This document shows, in pieces, positions 13,120 through 25,517 of a stretch of DNA of 64,000 bases. The position numbers and the translations under genes are program-made. Position 1 is the first letter of the stretch. Every line of letters begins with the position of its first letter. The notes below the pieces were generated by a model, which was given only the letters and a program-made list of their open reading frames with translations, was not told where the DNA came from and searched no databases. Source of the stretch: Mytilus edulis (Eukaryota); contig NC_092350.1 of NCBI RefSeq assembly GCF_963676685.1, positions 10,106,001 to 10,170,000 of the forward strand, read 5' to 3'.

Positions 13120-14242
13120 ATAACAATACGAATACTAAAAATCTGTGACTAAAAATAAAGCATATAGGTACAGTTTTCAATTTGTTAGCGGGCATGACGT
13201 AAAACAGCGAATCAAAGAATTCAACTTTATTTATAACTCATGTAGGACAATGCTGTTGATTAAAAAATACTCCATTCCAGGAGCTTTTGTTTTCTAAATA
13301 ATTAATATTACCAATAATTGATAAGTTCCAGTTCGACAGGTTCAAACAGAAGGATTTGATAGCAGAGAAAACCGTGTATCTTATAATCGGCATGACTTTA
13401 TCAGATAACAATACTAATACTAAAAAAGGCTTGCACATAGTTATATACTTTAATTCAGTCACGGACCCGCGATATCACGGCCGGGTGTGTTCTAGTATAA
13501 TATATTTGTCTATCTGTAGGTTTGGGATGATGTTTGGTGCATGTTCCTATAAATGAATCTGCCCCACATCTTCTCAATTTCTTTCTCTGACAATCCTAAA
13601 CTTTTGGTCCTGAAATAGGGGAATTGGGTTTAAAAAGCTAATTTCCTAGGGGAAGTGCTGCCCAATTTTTTTTTAGGTTTAGATTTTAAAAGGGGTAAAC
13701 TAAAAGTTATCTCGGGGAGATTTTTAAAGTGGGTAATCAATCTCTTTCTATTAAATCGCAAACTTTTGTCTGGTAACTGGAAATTGAGTTTTATATATTA
13801 ATATAAAAAAAAAAAATTAAAAAAATCCCTACCTACCGTCCCTTCAAAATTTCAAGGGGGTGATTGGAAACACAACATTATTTTTTTTAGGCCTTATACT
13901 GGTTTGTGCTACGATCATATTCACTGTAAAATATCCCTACACATGCACACAGTTGCTTATCTGTGCTACACTACAAAAGTAGTGGTACTCCAGATAGTGG
14001 AAGAAAGAATAAAGAAGAAGAATTTAGCTGGTAATTTGAGCTATACAATGTAACTTGTCTCATCTCTTCTTTTATGGTTATGCCATATTTTTTTGAGGAG
14101 TTGTCATCTTCTTGTTCTTATGGTGTCCATTTCAACACAGTATTGTTTACAATTTTGTAAACCCCCAATCTATGCACCTAACCTTATTGAAATTTGAAAA
14201 TCTGTTTATCTTGACTTGATCTGTCCAGTTTGAACTTTTAAC

Positions 14243-14495
14243 GTGGGTCTCATTGGGTTCTAAGCGTGACGTGTGATTGCTGATTTTTTGTAAGCGTGAC
14301 TGTATGAAATACAAATTATTGTGCTGTGAAAACCGGAAATGATGTCTAGGGGGACATGAGAAATTACAAAAAAATGAGAATTGCTTACATGTACAGAATT
14401 TAATTATTGTACGTACATTAGTGTAAACGGGATACTAGAATATATGTCAAAACAGTAAGCAGGATACGGGATCAGAACCCCCCAATGAGACCCCC
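14243..14495. mobile_element. MITE
   Basis: TIR gggtctcattggg / cccaatgagaccc. Confidence 0.6.
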
Positions 14496-15170
14496 TTAAA
14501 CGTCAAACAACAATCTCTTTACCAAATGTTGTGACGTCAGAAAATTTCTATTATAGGAACTTTTGTATGTAATGTCCAGTAATTGCAGATGAATAGCTAT
14601 AAGGTGTATATACATGTATGGGGATACTACTTGTATTGAGTGATAGCCCTTCTAAAAAGGGATATTATTGTTTGGTTACTGTATTTGCATCAAGATCATG
14701 GCAGTATAATGAGGTTTTTTTTATAATGGTCATTTTACAATGTTACATGGCAGATGCCTATCAGTTGGCTAAAAGTGTATCAAACCTTTAAATTTCTCTT
14801 AGTCCCTAAAAATGTGTGACAATTTAGTCACCACTCTATATCTTCTAATAAAAATAAACTGTTATGTCTAAAATTGTCAAACAAAAATATATTGTTGCAT
14901 GATAATGTTTGACATCCTTGCTCTACAGTATATTCTTAGAATTGTGTTGCAATGCTTTTAAAGGGACAGTAGAGAAATATTTTTGGGGATTAAGATAAAA
15001 AAAACAATGAGATTTCAATAACATTATAAAAATTAGAGTGAGGGTGAACCTACTCCCTGTTTCAAAGAAACATCAGATTATCGTTACATAGGTTTATATA
15101 TGCAATTTCAAATAATGCTTTGTCCACAGTGTTATCTTTATTCAAACAAATTTATATATTGTAATTTTAG

Positions 15171-15334
15171 ATTCATCAAACCTAATTATGATAGTGGTAG
15201 ACTTTTGTCTTTTACTGCTGTTCATGGTACAACATAGTGTGATGACATCAAAATCAATAAAGAAAGAGTTATGGCCCTTGTGTAAACCTCTCTACAGAAC
15301 ATTGTATACAATATCCACTTGTTTAGCTCTCCAG
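15171..15334 (+). CDS. NRM: Nurim exon 2
   Basis: ttttag| ..DFCLLLLFMVQHSVM..LYRTLYTISTCLALQ |gtttgt; nurim QHS-x-M and R-x-LY motifs. Confidence 0.92.
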
Positions 15335-15524
15335 GTTTGTACATCATTAATAATGTTTATAAGATATTCTGGTCATATTTATATTTGAAACTCTATATAA
15401 AAAATATATACAATATTCTCATTTCTTATAATTCAAGTATGGACATAAAATCTTAGAACTACTCCTTAAAATCCAGAACAAAAAATTGGGGCCACATATA
15501 TGCAAGCATTTTTTTAATGAATGC

Positions 15525-16345
15525 TAAAAACTTTTTGGATCGTATAATGGTATGATCATGATGTTGTCATCTTCTGCGTCGTCCAAGACACATTTGGTGT
15601 CCAGACAATAACTTAAGTTAAAGTGAATGGATCTCTATTTAAATTTAAAAAGAAGGTTCATTACCACAAAAGGAAGGTTGGGATTAAATTTGGTGACGAT
15701 GGTCCCAACCGTGTTGAAATTAGGGGCCCAAAAGGGACCCAAAACAAACATTTTTCTACTTTCAGTATATTAACTTGTGTATGAGTACATTCTTGTATTT
15801 CAATTGCTCTGAAATTGTATCACAATGTTTAATACCACAAATAGAAGGTTTGGGTTCATTTTGGGGGTTACAGTATAGTAATTAGGAACCTAAAAGGGTC
15901 CAAAAACAAGCATTTTTGTAGTTTATGGACAATAACTTGTGTTTAAGTGTATGGATCTCTCTAAAATTGTACTGCAAGGTTCCATATACTACAATGGAAA
16001 GGCTGGGGTCGAGGTTGGGGTATTGCTTTAAAGGGGGGGGGGGGGTCAAAAAGTTTGGGGGGTTCCAACTTTTTTAAGGGGTTCAATTTTTTTTTCTTTA
16101 AATTTCTCAAATTTCATATTTTTTAAAAGTTTCAAAAAGAAATCTTTAATTGCACAGTATTGCATAATAGATTTGTAAGATCTTGATATTTGTTTAGTGT
16201 CAGAAACCTATATTATGTCAAAAATTTGAACACCATTCAAATTCAGAGCTGTATCAAGCTTGAATATTGTGTCCATACTTGCCCCAACTGTTCAGGGTTC
16301 AACATCTGCGGTTGTATAAAGTTGTGCCCTGCAGAGCATCTGGTT
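15525..16345 (+). mobile_element. Helentron-like non-autonomous element with internal ~190-bp repeats
   Basis: T-rich insertion site, degenerate GTC microsatellite near the 5' end, repeated internal core (gacaataactt...ggatctct), end gagcatctggttt. Confidence 0.5.
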
Positions 16346-17013
16346 TGTCTATAAAACCTATTGCAGATTATTTACCAGGCTAAAGTTTATGAAATTCATA
16401 TGGCAACAGTATTGCCTCTTAATCTTTTATAAACAGTTATTGCTCATGAGTTTATCTCTCTTCACACAAAACATCAAACACACATATTACTCCATTTCTC
16501 CTAAAACAAGATATGTAAACATATTTATTAGAAACCAATAATACAAGTATTATGTGCATATTTTATAATCATGTCTACATGTTTATGGGACATTTTACAT
16601 AATATCAAACTGAGTCTTGCTCCTTCAAGTAATTATGATAATCTTAATGATTGTCTCCATTGAAACTTAATAGAGTTACAAATGTGTGTCTTCTTCATAC
16701 TCATCAATACCATTGAATAAATTTATGTTTACAGCAACCAAAAAACAAGTTTTTAATACAATGAAAATAAATCTAAGGAGGCTATGGATGTCTTAAGCAA
16801 AATTATTTAATAGTAGTTTCATGTCATCCATTTAGTTTTCAAAACATCAGGGTTTTCTTTTTTCTCTAACAAGATTTAATTAGATAGCTGTGCAGGGACT
16901 TTCCCTGAATAATAAAAAGATTAGAAGTGGATTGAATACACTAAAGATTCAAATGTTTAAAAACAAGCAGTCCTTAGATTGAGAACATTGACCATGAATA
17001 ACTTAAACTTTTA

Positions 17014-18995
17014 AAGATGTCTGTCTTAATGTCCTATCATTTACATAAGTTATATTTTTCAGACATTGATGTATTTCTGGCAGAGAACAGACATAAGTTT
17101 ATGGTTGATTAACACAGAAGATGTCTGTCTTAATGTCCTATCATTAACATTAGTTATATTTTTCAGACATTGATGTATTTCTGGCAGAGAACAGACATAA
17201 GTTTATGGTTGATTAACACAGAAGATGTCTGTCTTAATGTCCTATCATTAACATTAGTTATATTTTTCAGACATTGATGTATTTCTGGCAGAGAACAGAC
17301 ATAAGTTTATGGTTGATTAACACAGAAGATGTCTGTCTTAATGTCCTATCATTAACATTAGTTATATTTTTCAGACATTGATGTATTTCTGGCAGAGAAC
17401 AGACATAAGTTTATGGTTGATTAACACAGAAGATGTCTGTCTTAATGTCCTATCATTAACATTAGTTATATTTTTCAGACATTGATGTATTTCTGGCAGA
17501 GAACAGACATAAGTTTATGGTTGATTAACACAGAAGATGTCTGTCTTAATGTCCTATCATTAACATTAGTTATATTTTTCAGACATTGATGTATTTCTGG
17601 CAGAGAACAGACATAAGTTTATGGTTGATTAACACAGAAGATGTCTGTCTTAATGTCCTATCATTAACATTAGTTGTAATTTTCAGACATTGATGTATTT
17701 CTGGCAGAGAACAGACATTAGTTTATGGTTGATTAACACAGAAGATGTCTGTCTTACTGTCCTATCATTAACATTAGTTGTATTTTTCAGACATTGATGT
17801 ATTTCTGGCAGAGAACAGACATTAGTTTATGGTGGATTAACACAGAAGATGTCTGTCTTACTGTCCTATCATTAACATTAGTTGTATTTTTCAGACATTG
17901 ATGTATTTCTGGCAGAGAACAGACATAAGTTTATGGTTGATTAACACAGAAGATGTCTGTCTTAATGTCCTATCATTAACATTAGTTGTATTTTTCAGAC
18001 ATTGATGTATTTCTGGCAGAGAACAGACATAAGTTTATGGTTGATTAACACAGAAGATGTCTGTCTTAATGTCCTATCATTAACATTAGTTGTATTTTTC
18101 AGACATTGATGTATTTCTGGCAGAGAACAGACATAAGTTTATGGTTGATTAACACAGAAGATGTCTGTCTTAATGTCCTATCATTAACATTAGTTGTATT
18201 TTTCAGACATTGATGTATTTCTGGCAGAGAACAGACATAAGTTTATGGTCGATTAACACAGAAGATGTCTATCTTACTGTCCTATCATTAACATTAGTTA
18301 TATTTTTCAGACATTGATGTATTTCTGGCAGAGAACAGACATTAGTTTATGGTTGATTAACACAGAAGATGTCTGTCTTAATGTCCTATCATTAACATTA
18401 GTTGTATTTTTCAGACATTGATGTATTTCTGGCAGAGAACAGACATAAGTTTATGGTTGATTAACACAGAAGATGTCTGTCTTAATGTCCTATCATTAAC
18501 ATTAGTTGTAATTTTCAGACATTGATGTATTTCTGGCAGAGAACAGACATAAGTTTATGGTTGATTAACACAGAAGATGTCTGTCTTACTGTCCTATCAT
18601 TAACATTAGTTGTATTTTTCAGACATTGATGTATTTCTGGCAGAGAACAGACATAAGTTTATGGTTGATTAACACAAAAGATGTCTGTCTTAATGTCCTA
18701 TCATTTACATTAGTTGTATTTTTCAGACATTGATGTATTTCTGGCAGAGAACAGACATAAGTTTATGGTTGATTAACACAAAAGATGTCTGTCTTAATGT
18801 CCTATCATTTACATTAGTTGTATTTTTCAGACATTGATGTATTTCTGGCAGAGAACAGACATAAGTTTATGGTTGATTAACACAGAAGATGTCTGTCTTA
18901 ATGTCCTATCATTTACATTAGTTGTATTTTTCAGACATTGATGTATTTCTGGCAGAGAACAGACATTAGTTTATGGTTGATTAACACAGAAGATG
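17014..18995 (+). repeat. 104-bp tandem array, 19 copies of the nurim exon 3 acceptor + first 60 exon nt
   Basis: Exon-start positions 17063, 17167 ... 18935 (exact 104 period); only the last copy continues into the rest of the exon. Confidence 0.95.
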
Positions 18996-19102
18996 CTCCT
19001 CTAACCTCCCTTTTCTTCACATTAGTACAAATATTTTGTTGGATGATTCTGTTTCTGGAGAATACATTGACAGAGCCGTTCTTTCTAATTGGAATCAAGC
19101 AG
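18935..19102 (+). CDS. NRM: Nurim exon 3
   Basis: tttcag| TLMYFWQ..LWLIN..WMILF..FLIGIKQ |gttagt; 168 nt; matches the nurim G-L/I-KQ motif. Confidence 0.9.
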
Positions 19103-19134
19103 GTTAGTAAAGTGGTTCACTGAAAATATTTTAA

Positions 19135-19378
19135 GGCGAATCTAGGGACTGGTCATTTTTGGCCATGGTGAGTCCAACAGTTAGAAGAAGATATTTTATT
19201 GCAATATCATATATTATTTTAATCTCCAATGACCTAATAGAGCAATGAAATCACATTCAGATCACTTTTAAACTTTTCAGTTTATACAAAATATTTTAAT
19301 CTTGATGCACCTTTGGACTCTTTTTGAAAATGGTGAGTCCAGACAGATTTTCCTGAGTCCAGGACTTATGGTTTCGCC
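19135..19378. mobile_element. MITE with TTAA-like target (Kolobok-like)
   Basis: ttaa|GGCGAA...TTCGCC|ttag. Confidence 0.6.
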
Positions 19379-20254
19379 TTAGTGTGAACCTGCGGCTGTC
19401 CATTCTTAAAATACAAAAATATAATTTTTAATAGAACATATTCATGATATTTAGGTACAACAGTCAAAATAGTACAGTAATTTCTTTTTATCATTTTCTT
19501 TTAAGTTTTAGATGATAATTTGTGTGTATTTGTGTTAACAGATGTTAAAATTACAAAATGCTTTATTGCAAATGAATGTTTTGAAAAGCTTTTAACAAAA
19601 TATTACATTTAACAGGAGTTTTTTTCTGAGATGATATTATAAGGGCCCAGTATATAGAATGCAGGATCCCTATGATTTTCACTATACTTGTGTGTTCAAT
19701 ATGAATTGGATCAAGCTTATCAGTTCAAATAGGAGTCAGTTTCACCAAAAAAAAAGAGTAACATCCATGATTTTTTTATAAGGATAAAAAAAAAATAGAG
19801 CTTTTTTAAAAGTGTGCAATAAAATACAGATTTTGTTCGACAGCTTAAATTGTTCTGCAACTGTATTTCTCCTTTTGAAGGAAAAGATTCTTGGCTTATT
19901 AAGCCCTGTAAAATCTCGAAAAATGAATGTACATTGAAAATCACTTATGAAATCAATCTAAAGACTGAAGAATCTGGTAAAAAAAGGGTCATATCTGAAT
20001 TCCTGGTTATTTAATAACCTGGCAGGTATTTAAATATCCTGTGTCAGAATTGAAATTTATGGGTGTCTTCCTCAGGATAGGCATCAGTTGACAGGCAGGG
20101 ATCATTGAACAAGTAATGCAGCCTATAGTAACTGTTGATCTTAAATTGTCGATCTCTATCAAAATTAATAAAGCAGACAAGACAATGGTGTTAACTCTTG
20201 TTCCTGTTAACATAATTATTATAATACTTATTTTTGTTTCACTTCTATTTTCAG

Positions 20255-20536
20255 CTGTATAATCACATACAAGGATACAGATCCCCTAAGAGATTCTTTA
20301 GTCGTCAGTTCCAGGAACTTCTCTCTCACATGCCCCACCCTGGTACAACCTGTTTTATACTGATCCTGTGGATGTTCCCTATAATGACCCTGGATCGATG
20401 GTTGTTAGCTACCGTGCTGACGATGTACATGTGTAAGTCTTACAGTGTGACACACCAGGATTACCTGTACACAGAACAACAGATACAAACAGCTGAGTAT
20501 GTTACTATGTCAACATCTACTACCATTACAGAATAG
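20255..20536 (+). CDS. NRM: Nurim exon 4 (terminal)
   Basis: tttcag| LYNHIQG..LLSHMPHP..LWMFPIMTLDRWLLA..QDYLY..TAG; spliced CDS is 735 nt = 244 aa. Confidence 0.92.
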   Translation: MYNHIQGYRSPKRFFSRQFQELLSHMPHPGTTCFILILWMFPIMTLDRWLLATVLTMYMCKSYSVTHQDYLYTEQQIQTAEYVTMSTSTTITE

Positions 20537-20589
20537 AATGATGCAACCCATGTCAAATAGGAAGAACAGTCCATTATTCCTTTCAAATA

Positions 20590-20786
20590 CTGTAAATTCA
20601 GAAATTATTAGTTTTATTTTTATTGCGAAAAATGTGACAAGGTTGGTATCTCAATAATTAGAACTCAAGTTAAAATATCTGATACCTACGTAGGTATGCA
20701 GATTTCCCTAAACTCGCATTTTACATTTATGTCCATTCTTCAAAAATGGCAATAATTAATGCATGCAATAATTTCTGAACTTACAG
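20590..20786. mobile_element. TA-flanked MITE in the nurim 3' UTR
   Basis: ta|CTGTAAATTCAGAAATTATT...AATAATTTCTGAACTTACAG|ta. Confidence 0.7.
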
Positions 20787-21714
20787 TAAGTTATAAGGCT
20801 TAGAAACCACTGCCAGTAGGAATATTTATTAGATGCTTTTAACACAAGTTAGAGGTTGATGTATTAGTATGGTTTATACATTTTATTGTCTGGATAAAGG
20901 TTTATTTTAGTCAGAACAAAAAAGTTGCTTAGGAAATTATGTTATGTAAGCTTATTACAAATAGTAACAATGATATTATTTTAGGCAGCTAATAAGAAAA
21001 TATATATTGACCTCTTTAAATTAAAGATTTTTTATTAACATATCATAGTAAGGGCATTGCTACCATAACATACATTATCATATACTTAGACTAAATAACA
21101 TATGATTTTTACTGTATGATAATAGCATTAAATTAACGTAAATTCCATATTTTTCGAATTGGTGCTTAGCGGGCTGATATGAAAAGTTTATCACATGCTT
21201 CGATTGTTATCACATGCCTTTCCGTAACGTTATCACATGGAATCTTGGTGATACTCGGCAAATTCCGGAAAATACACCTCAATGCTAAGTTTTCAGTGAA
21301 AAACAGTACGAAATAGTGTACAAAACAATTATTTAGATACTGAAAAGTATATTGTGTAAAATAATAACAAAAAAAAATAAAAATAAAAAAACAAACAAAC
21401 AAATTATTAAATAAATGCATTCTTTATAAGTTTTAAACATAATTTAGAAAGTTACTTTGAAAAGGTTGACTTTTCCAAACAGTGTTCACTATGTATATTG
21501 TTTTTTTTTAGGGGTTTGTCGAGTCGTCCATATTTAAAATGTTTTCTCCTCTGTTGAGGCATATGGTAGAAAGATTTGATATCGATTGTACTAAATTTGG
21601 GTCCGACGTCCGTGAACTTTCAATCTTTGAACTTCTATTTGGGAACCACGTAAAAGGATCAATATATGATCTGTTATTTTCATCCATTGTTGAAGCATAT
21701 GATAAAAAGATCAT

Positions 21715-21845
21715 AACATGTCATTTTTCATATCGCATGTATTATCATCCCTCGGTCAATACCAGCACTCGAGCCATGCGGCTCTTGGGCTGATATTGAA
21801 CCTAGGGCTGATAATACATGCGATATGAAAAATGACATGTAATAA
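21715..21845. repeat. ~130-bp near-perfect palindrome (non-autonomous transposon-like)
   Basis: acatgtcatttttcatatcgcatgtattatca... mirrored by ...tgataatacatgcgatatgaaaaatgacatgt. Confidence 0.75.
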
Positions 21846-22403
21846 TCTGATAGTATAACATGTTGATCTGCATCATTGAACTTTAAATAAAAGAAAACGA
21901 TTCTTTTTACAATCAGAGACAAATTAAATGTGTTTTTGAACTCTTATCTTTAATACCCTTATGGAGGCAGAGGGGACATTAAGTTTACCCTTGTCTGTCC
22001 TTACATGCTTCCAAAACTAGTTTATGTTCTAAAACTTTAGTTTAACCTCAACCAAATGTTATGTAAAAGTGCACAGATCTAGTTTGAATTTCAGTTTCGT
22101 CACTTTTACCATCCTTGAGTTATGCTTTTTATAAAGTTATTTGCATTATCTGTTTCTTCTGGACATACAGTTCTCCAATTATTTAAATTTCTATCAATGT
22201 TTTGGACATGAAGGACATACAATTAGTAATAAAATCTGTTAGGTATTGTTGAACTTTATGTATTTTGTATCAATTTGTTATATTACATTCAATGCTCATT
22301 AGTTTTACAGTTTATTATTTTATATTGCTTAAATGTTTAGTTTATTAAGTCTGTGTTCATAACTTATTTTATTGTTATACATGCTTTTTTTATATATATT
22401 TTG

Positions 22404-22445
22404 AATAAAATCAATAACAAGGTATTTGTTGTGTCTTTGTTTTAC
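22404..22445 (+). terminator. Candidate nurim polyadenylation signal
   Basis: AATAAA at 22404 followed by GT-rich ggtatttgttgtgtctttgtttt; conserved in the duplicate at 31100. Confidence 0.45.
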
Positions 22446-25400
22446 AGTTTTTACTAATAGAAACATTAACTGTGATCATGACTTTATTTGCATACTATCA
22501 CATGGAATTGCTGCAAGGATTCAATTGGCCAGTGGTTTATTCCATTATGTATGTTCTACCATATGTTAGGTAATTTCTATAAAGATCTGAATAATATCTG
22601 TTAAATTTGGCTGCATGACTCAGGTTATTCAGGGTTAGTATTGTGTTATGATGCTGCTGACTGACATGACATAAACACAGATAAAACACAAATAATTATT
22701 GATTGATTGATGTTTGCTTAACTTTCAGTGACACATATCAATCTTTCCTGTAAAAAATGCTGAGGCTTTTTAAACCATTTATTGATGAAATGCTCATGAT
22801 TGGGAAAGACAATTGATGTTTGTTTTAACTACAATAGTTTAACATTTAAGGATAACCAGTACATAGAACACAAGTTACAAACAAGTTACAAACAGCTAAA
22901 TCTGATACAATGTCCACATCTTTTTTCATCTGCTCTTGTTTCAAATAAGAAAATGATAGAATCCAATACTAAAGTCAAGTTAAGTGTACCGAAATAGCAG
23001 AATGAGGTTTTGAAATAATACAAACCATTATCTTTGGTAGACTGCTAGATTTATTCACAACTTTCTTGGACTGTGGCATATTAATTAATTGTTTGACATG
23101 TTTTCAAGACTATTTCATTGATAACCTCTTAATTTGGTTTATGCCACTTCTCAGTTGTTACGGGACATAAACATGCATATGTAGTGTAACAATTGTTTTT
23201 CAGATGATGCAACTTGAGTACTGAGTAAGGCTCCAACAAATCAATTGAAATTTGCAACTGTTATTTGTTAGGTGCCACTAACCACAGATCAAATTCTAAT
23301 TTGAACAATTCACACTTGTCTTTTTGATAAAGGGGAAATAAAGTCATAGATGCCAGGATTAAAATTTTGTACAGCAAACATGTATTTCCTCTTCAAAAAG
23401 ACTCATCAGTAAAGGCAACAGTAGTATACTAGATTAGGCTGATATATGTATCTTGTATGTAGTTGTGTCATCAGAAGTTCCTAGTTACATACCAGTTTAA
23501 GTGCAAACTACTGTTTTGAAAAACTATTAAAATAATATTGGCTATACTTTGGAGGTATTTCAGATTTTTAATTAGAGCCCAACATATAGAATACAGGAGC
23601 AGTATGGTTTTAACTTTATCTGTCTGTTTGTTCAACATGATTTGGACCAATGTTCACTAGAACAATATACAACCAAGTCAACCTGATACACGTAATGGGA
23701 TTACCTCTTGCAGGTTCAAGTTGTCTCTCCTTGATTGATATCAGGTCATCTACTCTTTAAGTTAAACTTTGGTTAACACAAACTTTTTTCCCTGTCGATC
23801 CGAGTTTGAGGGTAAAGCAATATCTGATGCTAACCAAATTTTAATAAAAGCAACAGTAGTATACCGGTGGTTCAAAAGTCTTAAATCGATAGAGAGAAAG
23901 CAAATTCGGGTTGCAAACCAAAAACCGAGGGAAACACATAAACTATAAGAGGAACACAAAAGAACAACTGGAACACCGAAAAGTGCAACAAGACAAAACG
24001 CCAGCACACATATAAACGAATTTTTTTATAACAACTGCCATACTTCTGACTTGGTACAGGACATTTTAAGAAAAATTGATTGGTTGAATCTGGTTAAGTG
24101 GCATGCCAAACCTCCAGCTTTATGACCATGTTAAAACATATTGCTAAACACGACGTAACAGAAAAACAGCACATACACACGCAAGAATATTCATAACAGA
24201 GAAACGCACATTTAAATACTATAATAGTTGACACAACAAGGAAACAGCAGAACAATATTACACCAAACACAAATAAATCCATGTTGGATGTAAAAAACAC
24301 CAAGACATGCCCTACAGCAATGAAAATTCACATTCAGTATAACAGTCATATATCCGTATAAGCACTCATATACTGATGATTGAAACAGGAGACATCTTAA
24401 TATTCCCAGAAATGAGAGATACTGCTCTATTCTGGTCAAATTGAAAATGAAAACATTTTCTTTTACATTGGGAAAAAGAACTCAACTAAAAGGGCCATAT
24501 TTTACCAAACAGTTTCAAATATAATCGATGATCCTACAAAATTTCAAACAAATTAAAACAATATAATCCTTTTATTAAATAAAAATTCATATACAATCCT
24601 AAAATTGACTTCCTCTTTCATCTCAGACAGTCTGAACCTGCGTAAAGCAGAACAAACTCTATAAAATTGTCAATGTGTCTTTAATTCATAATCATTGTTT
24701 ATAATATTACACATTAATTTATTTTATCTTAATGTTTACATTGGCAGCAAAAAATACATTGTCCTTAGGTAGTTTACATATATATATAACTGTTTAGGGA
24801 CATCAAGGTTGACACATTTATCGAAATATATATAATGATAACCATATCACCATTTAACATTCTAATTCAAGACCCAAACAAAAGTTTTTTTTTAAATGTC
24901 CTGTACCAAGTCAAAAATATGGCCATTGTTATACTATATAGTTCGTTTCTGTGTGTGTTACATTTTAGTGTTGTGTTTATGCTGTGTCGTAGTTCTCCTC
25001 TTATATTTGATGTGTTTCCCTCAGTTTTAGTTTGTAACTCGGATTTGTTTATTTCTCAATCGATTTATGAATTTTGAACAGCGGTATACTACTGTTGCCT
25101 CTATTTGTAGTCTGATAACCCCCCCCCCCCCCCCCAAACCCCTTACACATGTACTCTTAGCATCTATTTTGTACCATAAGCATGAGATGGATTGGGAACG
25201 TGCATAACATGTACATCACGGAGGATTATATTTGTAGATAGCAAATAAAATAGTGATTCCTTTGAAAGTATTGGTATGTCAAAGATACCCGTACACGTCC
25301 ATTCAGTATGGAGATGAAAGCATAGGCAACCTAGCCTGCTGAACATTGGATAATATTTTAACAGAATTATTTATTAAAAATTAAATACACAAAATATATA

Positions 25401-25517
25401 TCTCTGTTTAGAGATGTTCAAATTAAGACTGTGATACTTTTATAAATAGATATGCCGATATCTTTGTTTACAGTAGTAAAGGGCATTTCAGATAGACTTT
25501 ATTCTTATTAATTGAGA

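Larger units (their letters stand above)
11047..13495 (+). mobile_element. Non-autonomous Helitron
   Basis: Inserted between A and T; 5' TC, 3' CTAG, subterminal hairpin acccg..cgggt. Confidence 0.75.
10344..13894. mobile_element. TIR DNA transposon (Kolobok-like ends) in nurim intron 1, host of nested insertions
   Basis: TIRs aggcctaaaaaaaaatgttgtgtttcc / ggaaacacaacattattttttttaggcct; internal exon-like ORF 10774-11036 ending at ag|gtacag. Superfamily is tentative. Confidence 0.7.

Noticed and set aside
23846-25103. Inverted pair resembling one large TIR element
   Set aside because: Both arms look like copies of a common short repeat and no TSD is visible; independent insertions are more likely.
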